Positions 60,781 through 64,000 of a DNA stretch of 64,000 bases are shown here, piece by piece. Each line of letters opens with the position of its first letter. Position 1 is the stretch's first letter. A program made the position numbers and the translations under genes. This DNA comes from Raillietiella orientalis (lineage: Eukaryota), in NCBI GenBank assembly GCA_036172245.1, contig JAYWIR010000010.1, positions 310,001-374,000 on the forward strand, given 5' to 3'. Below the pieces are notes generated by a model, which had not been told where the DNA came from, made no database searches, and saw nothing but the letters and a program-made list of their open reading frames with translations.

Positions 60781-61439
60781 CTATGCTGTGAGCACCACAC
60801 AGCGTGCCTCAGAGTTCAAGACACCACTTTCTAATCGACTGCGCAAATCTTCAAGCTCTCGAATACCAGATTCTGAGATAGCGTATTTATGAGAAACCAA
60901 TTTTTGATAAAAGTGTGTTGCAAAGGCCAAAAATATCACAAGTACTGGAATGACTAGAAAAGTCGCAATCCATGCAGCTGTAATAGAAAAATCATAAAAT
61001 TTAACCCAACAAATAATTGGAATCTCAACAAGAAATAAAAAAATTCCAAAGACTGTGGAAAATATCCAGGCTAATTCAATATACCAGTGCAAAGTTTTGT
61101 GTGGGGATTCCGCTACACCATTGTGAGCTTCTGTGATTGCTTCTACATGTGGTAAAATACATGTGCTCACCATAAGTGCCATGAGATGCACAACTACTAG
61201 CAATGTTGTACAAATACAGAAAGTAATGAGGAGAGAATTTGGTATTTTACTATCTTCATTAAGTTGCATTTCCACAAGGGCCACCTTAAGAAATCATATA
61301 GAGTTTTTAATATGTAATATTTTACCATTGCAAATCCAGATAATAATGTAGAAGTCTTGCTGCTAGCTTTTAGTTTAGCTTTGCTTAAATGCAGTTGACG
61401 CCATGACAGTACACCTTCTTCACTTGGGACAAAGCTCAT
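60781..61439 (-). CDS. Orai: Orai / CRAC channel pore subunit; complement(join(60781-61284,61326-61439)), 205 aa
   Basis: [33 protein letters not shown] (TM1 with selectivity Glu), [14 protein letters not shown] (TM2), [17 protein letters not shown]...E....CWVKF (TM3), TM4 with Pro, LVSHK nexus and C-terminal [13 protein letters not shown] coil. Phase-0 intron 61285-61325 (gtaaaa...cttaag). An upstream exon may exist. Confidence 0.95.
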
Positions 61440-62290
61440 GGCTTCCTGAAATACACAAGTTTAACATTTGAATGCAGGCTGATACTATTCTTTAGATCCA
61501 TAACTTTGAAAAATATTATCTAGCAACCTGCAAAAATAAAATTATCCCACCTTCATCTTCCATTATGCATGACTGGTGAACAAGCAGTAAATTTATTCAG
61601 TAAGTAATAAGTAAATAGCAATCAGATTTAGAACCGTGATGATAACGTCCACTCAAGGCTCACCTTACATAGGGTATTTACTTATACAGTTAATTAAATA
61701 TATTCACATGTCATGTGGTTTATGTCCTAGGACATTACATGAGTAAGTTTATAATGATATAATGCCTTGGAAGTTTGCATATTGTGGAGAAGCTCTCAAA
61801 CTTAGTGCTAACAACAACTTGCAATTGCTATTCTATGCCATAGCGTCGAAAATTCGAAGATTTGAAAAGTGACAAATATTGTTTGAGCATCAGGAAGAGT
61901 AAAAATTAATAAAATAAAATGAATTGTGTGCACAATGCCAAAATGAAAGATGAAAGGTAAATTGCACATAGATGTAGCATTTTCCAAATCAAGTGAATGT
62001 TGCAAAGAAAAGCAACAGTACAAGCTGCAAGATGATTTCATTTGATTTGAAGTACATTTTTATTGAAGAAGTTCATTTACACTGCAGTGCCAATGACTAA
62101 CGTGTATTTCGTTTTTTGGTGTGCAATGTGAAAAAAAAGTCAATGTAGTGGAAGCCTTTAGAATAGTTTCTTTAAAATTTGAAATCTTAGGCTAATTTTC
62201 TCCATTTGCATTTGCATGCTTTACTCTTCACTATTGGTTGTTGCTTATTTATCATGTGTTAATTTTAAGTAATACCTGAGTTGAAAGTGT

Positions 62291-62322
62291 TGAATGTGAA
62301 AGTTTTTAAACTTTCACATTCA
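62291..62322. repeat. Perfect 15-bp inverted repeat with 2-nt spacer
   Basis: tgaatgtgaaagttt-tt-aaactttcacattca. Confidence 0.9.
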
Positions 62323-64000
62323 GAATTAAATTCATTTCAGTAAACTATTCTGAGAATCTCATGAAGAATCTCTATCTCGTGAACTCTGGTGCATATTGGA
62401 AAAAATGAATCATTTACACAACTTTGGAAGCTCTTGTTCCTCAGCTGCATATTCTGTCATATTTTTCACTTGCAACTTTACTGTTGTTTTCACGAAATTC
62501 AAAAGCAAACAAGGTATTGAAGATGATTTTGATGTAAATCAAACAATATGCTTCAATAAGTTTTGTGACATATTCAAAGCAGAGAAGCTGCCTCCTACAC
62601 TGGACATGTATGTAGTTTTATATGTTGATACATAATTCTGTGACTCTCTTAAAAGGCTGAATCTCATGTACAGAATATTTAGATTATCAGGAATTCAAAC
62701 TGTTGTTAAGTAAATGTGCATGTATAATGACATTGATAAAGAGCTTTTGAATTAATCCAGAAAGTTTATGCTGATTTGGCAACTGTGTCCAAGGCAATCA
62801 CCCAAAACCCAGCATTAAATTCAGCAATTTTATTTCTTGCATGTATAAACTGGAGAAGGCAAATGTGAGAGAAGACTGCCCAACAACCTACTAATGATTG
62901 TCTCAAGAGAAACTTGTATTTACAGATGAGTTTTCTTATGAGTGGACTACAGAACACATTACTTTATTCACTTTATTCACAAAATGAAAGGAAAAGGAGA
63001 AAAATAATAATAATAAAATAAAAAACAAAACAATGGAAGATAGAAGTTTGAAAGTTCTTCATAAAATGAAGCATAAATGGGTGACAACTCACAAAACTAG
63101 CATATTAAAATAGTAATGAAATTCATTTTCTCCATCCACCTGCTACTAGATTTTCTCCTTGGATCACAACGAATTTCACCAATACACTTGAAAACTGGTA
63201 ATCAAGTGAGTAAAAAATCAAATAAGTGGCCTACTTAAATGATAGCTTCTCTATTCTGAAATAAAATGCTTTATAAAAGCCTTACAATCTATTCAACCAC
63301 TAATTTTGAGGTAAGATCTGGATGTATATTATGTTTCTCTTGCTGAGAGCCCTTTGTAGCTGTGAAGAGAAGCAAAACAACTTACAAGCCTGTCTTAAAT
63401 TCAGCAAAATGATTTCAATAGAAAGTCTCATTTGCATTAATAAGGAATGAATAATCACATCATCTAAATTGATAATCACTATTAATATTGATGAAATATT
63501 CGTTCATTATTAATGTCAGTGGCAGGTCAACAAGGCAAACGCTAAAAGAATTACATGTTTAATTATGGTAATTAATTTCACAGAGAGCAACCTGTAATTT
63601 ATTGAAGAGAAGTTCTCAAAATAAGTCACAACACACTGGTTTGATTTCAAATTCATGTTGTAGCAGACTTAATAATGAGAAAAACGTGCAAGAAATATTG
63701 GTGCATGTAAACTATTTTGGAACATGAAACAAAAGCAAGCCAATGAGGAAAGAACATTATTGATAAAAAGTTATTAAATTACACAATCAAACTGCAACGA
63801 ATTTACTGTTCAAAATGTTATCAGAACAAATTTGGGCATCACTTATGTCATTATGATTACATCCTTATAAAATGAATACGGGATGTACAAAAGCATTTTT
63901 ATCAATAGTATAAAGTACTTAAAAATTACAGCATGGATAACTATGAGAAAAAGCACCTGCCATGGAAATACAAATTGTTATTTGGATATGAAAACATGAA

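Noticed and set aside
1..64000. CRISPR array or prokaryotic operon / defence system
   Set aside because: No regularly spaced short repeats; spliceosomal introns and metazoan genes show the DNA is eukaryotic.

Overview
Eukaryotic, most likely arthropod, genomic DNA containing two ion-channel genes in convergent orientation. (1) A large + strand cyclic-nucleotide-gated channel gene of the Drosophila Cngl type: 12 coding exons traced with GT-AG junctions in consistent phase from 7273 to 54531, 3873 nt, at least 1290 aa; its start codon was not located. (2) A compact - strand Orai (CRAC channel pore subunit) gene at 60781-61439 with one 41-bp intron. The long Cngl introns and flanks are GC- and CpG-rich and filled with heavily decayed retroelement relics (several non-LTR RT/endonuclease fragments and one Ty3/Gypsy relic). 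They also carry a ~750-bp tRNA-headed SINE-like family (3 clear copies) and a ~400-550-bp repeat in three near-identical copies, one inverted, that brackets Cngl exons 2/3-5. Near 60.25 kb the sequence switches abruptly to AT-rich, CpG-depleted DNA, close to the predicted 3' end of the Orai transcript. No prokaryotic system, CRISPR array, intact transposon or bona fide RNA gene was found. Most ORFs in the supplied track are chance products of GC-rich sequence. Family assignments rest on motifs recalled from memory, not on database searches.
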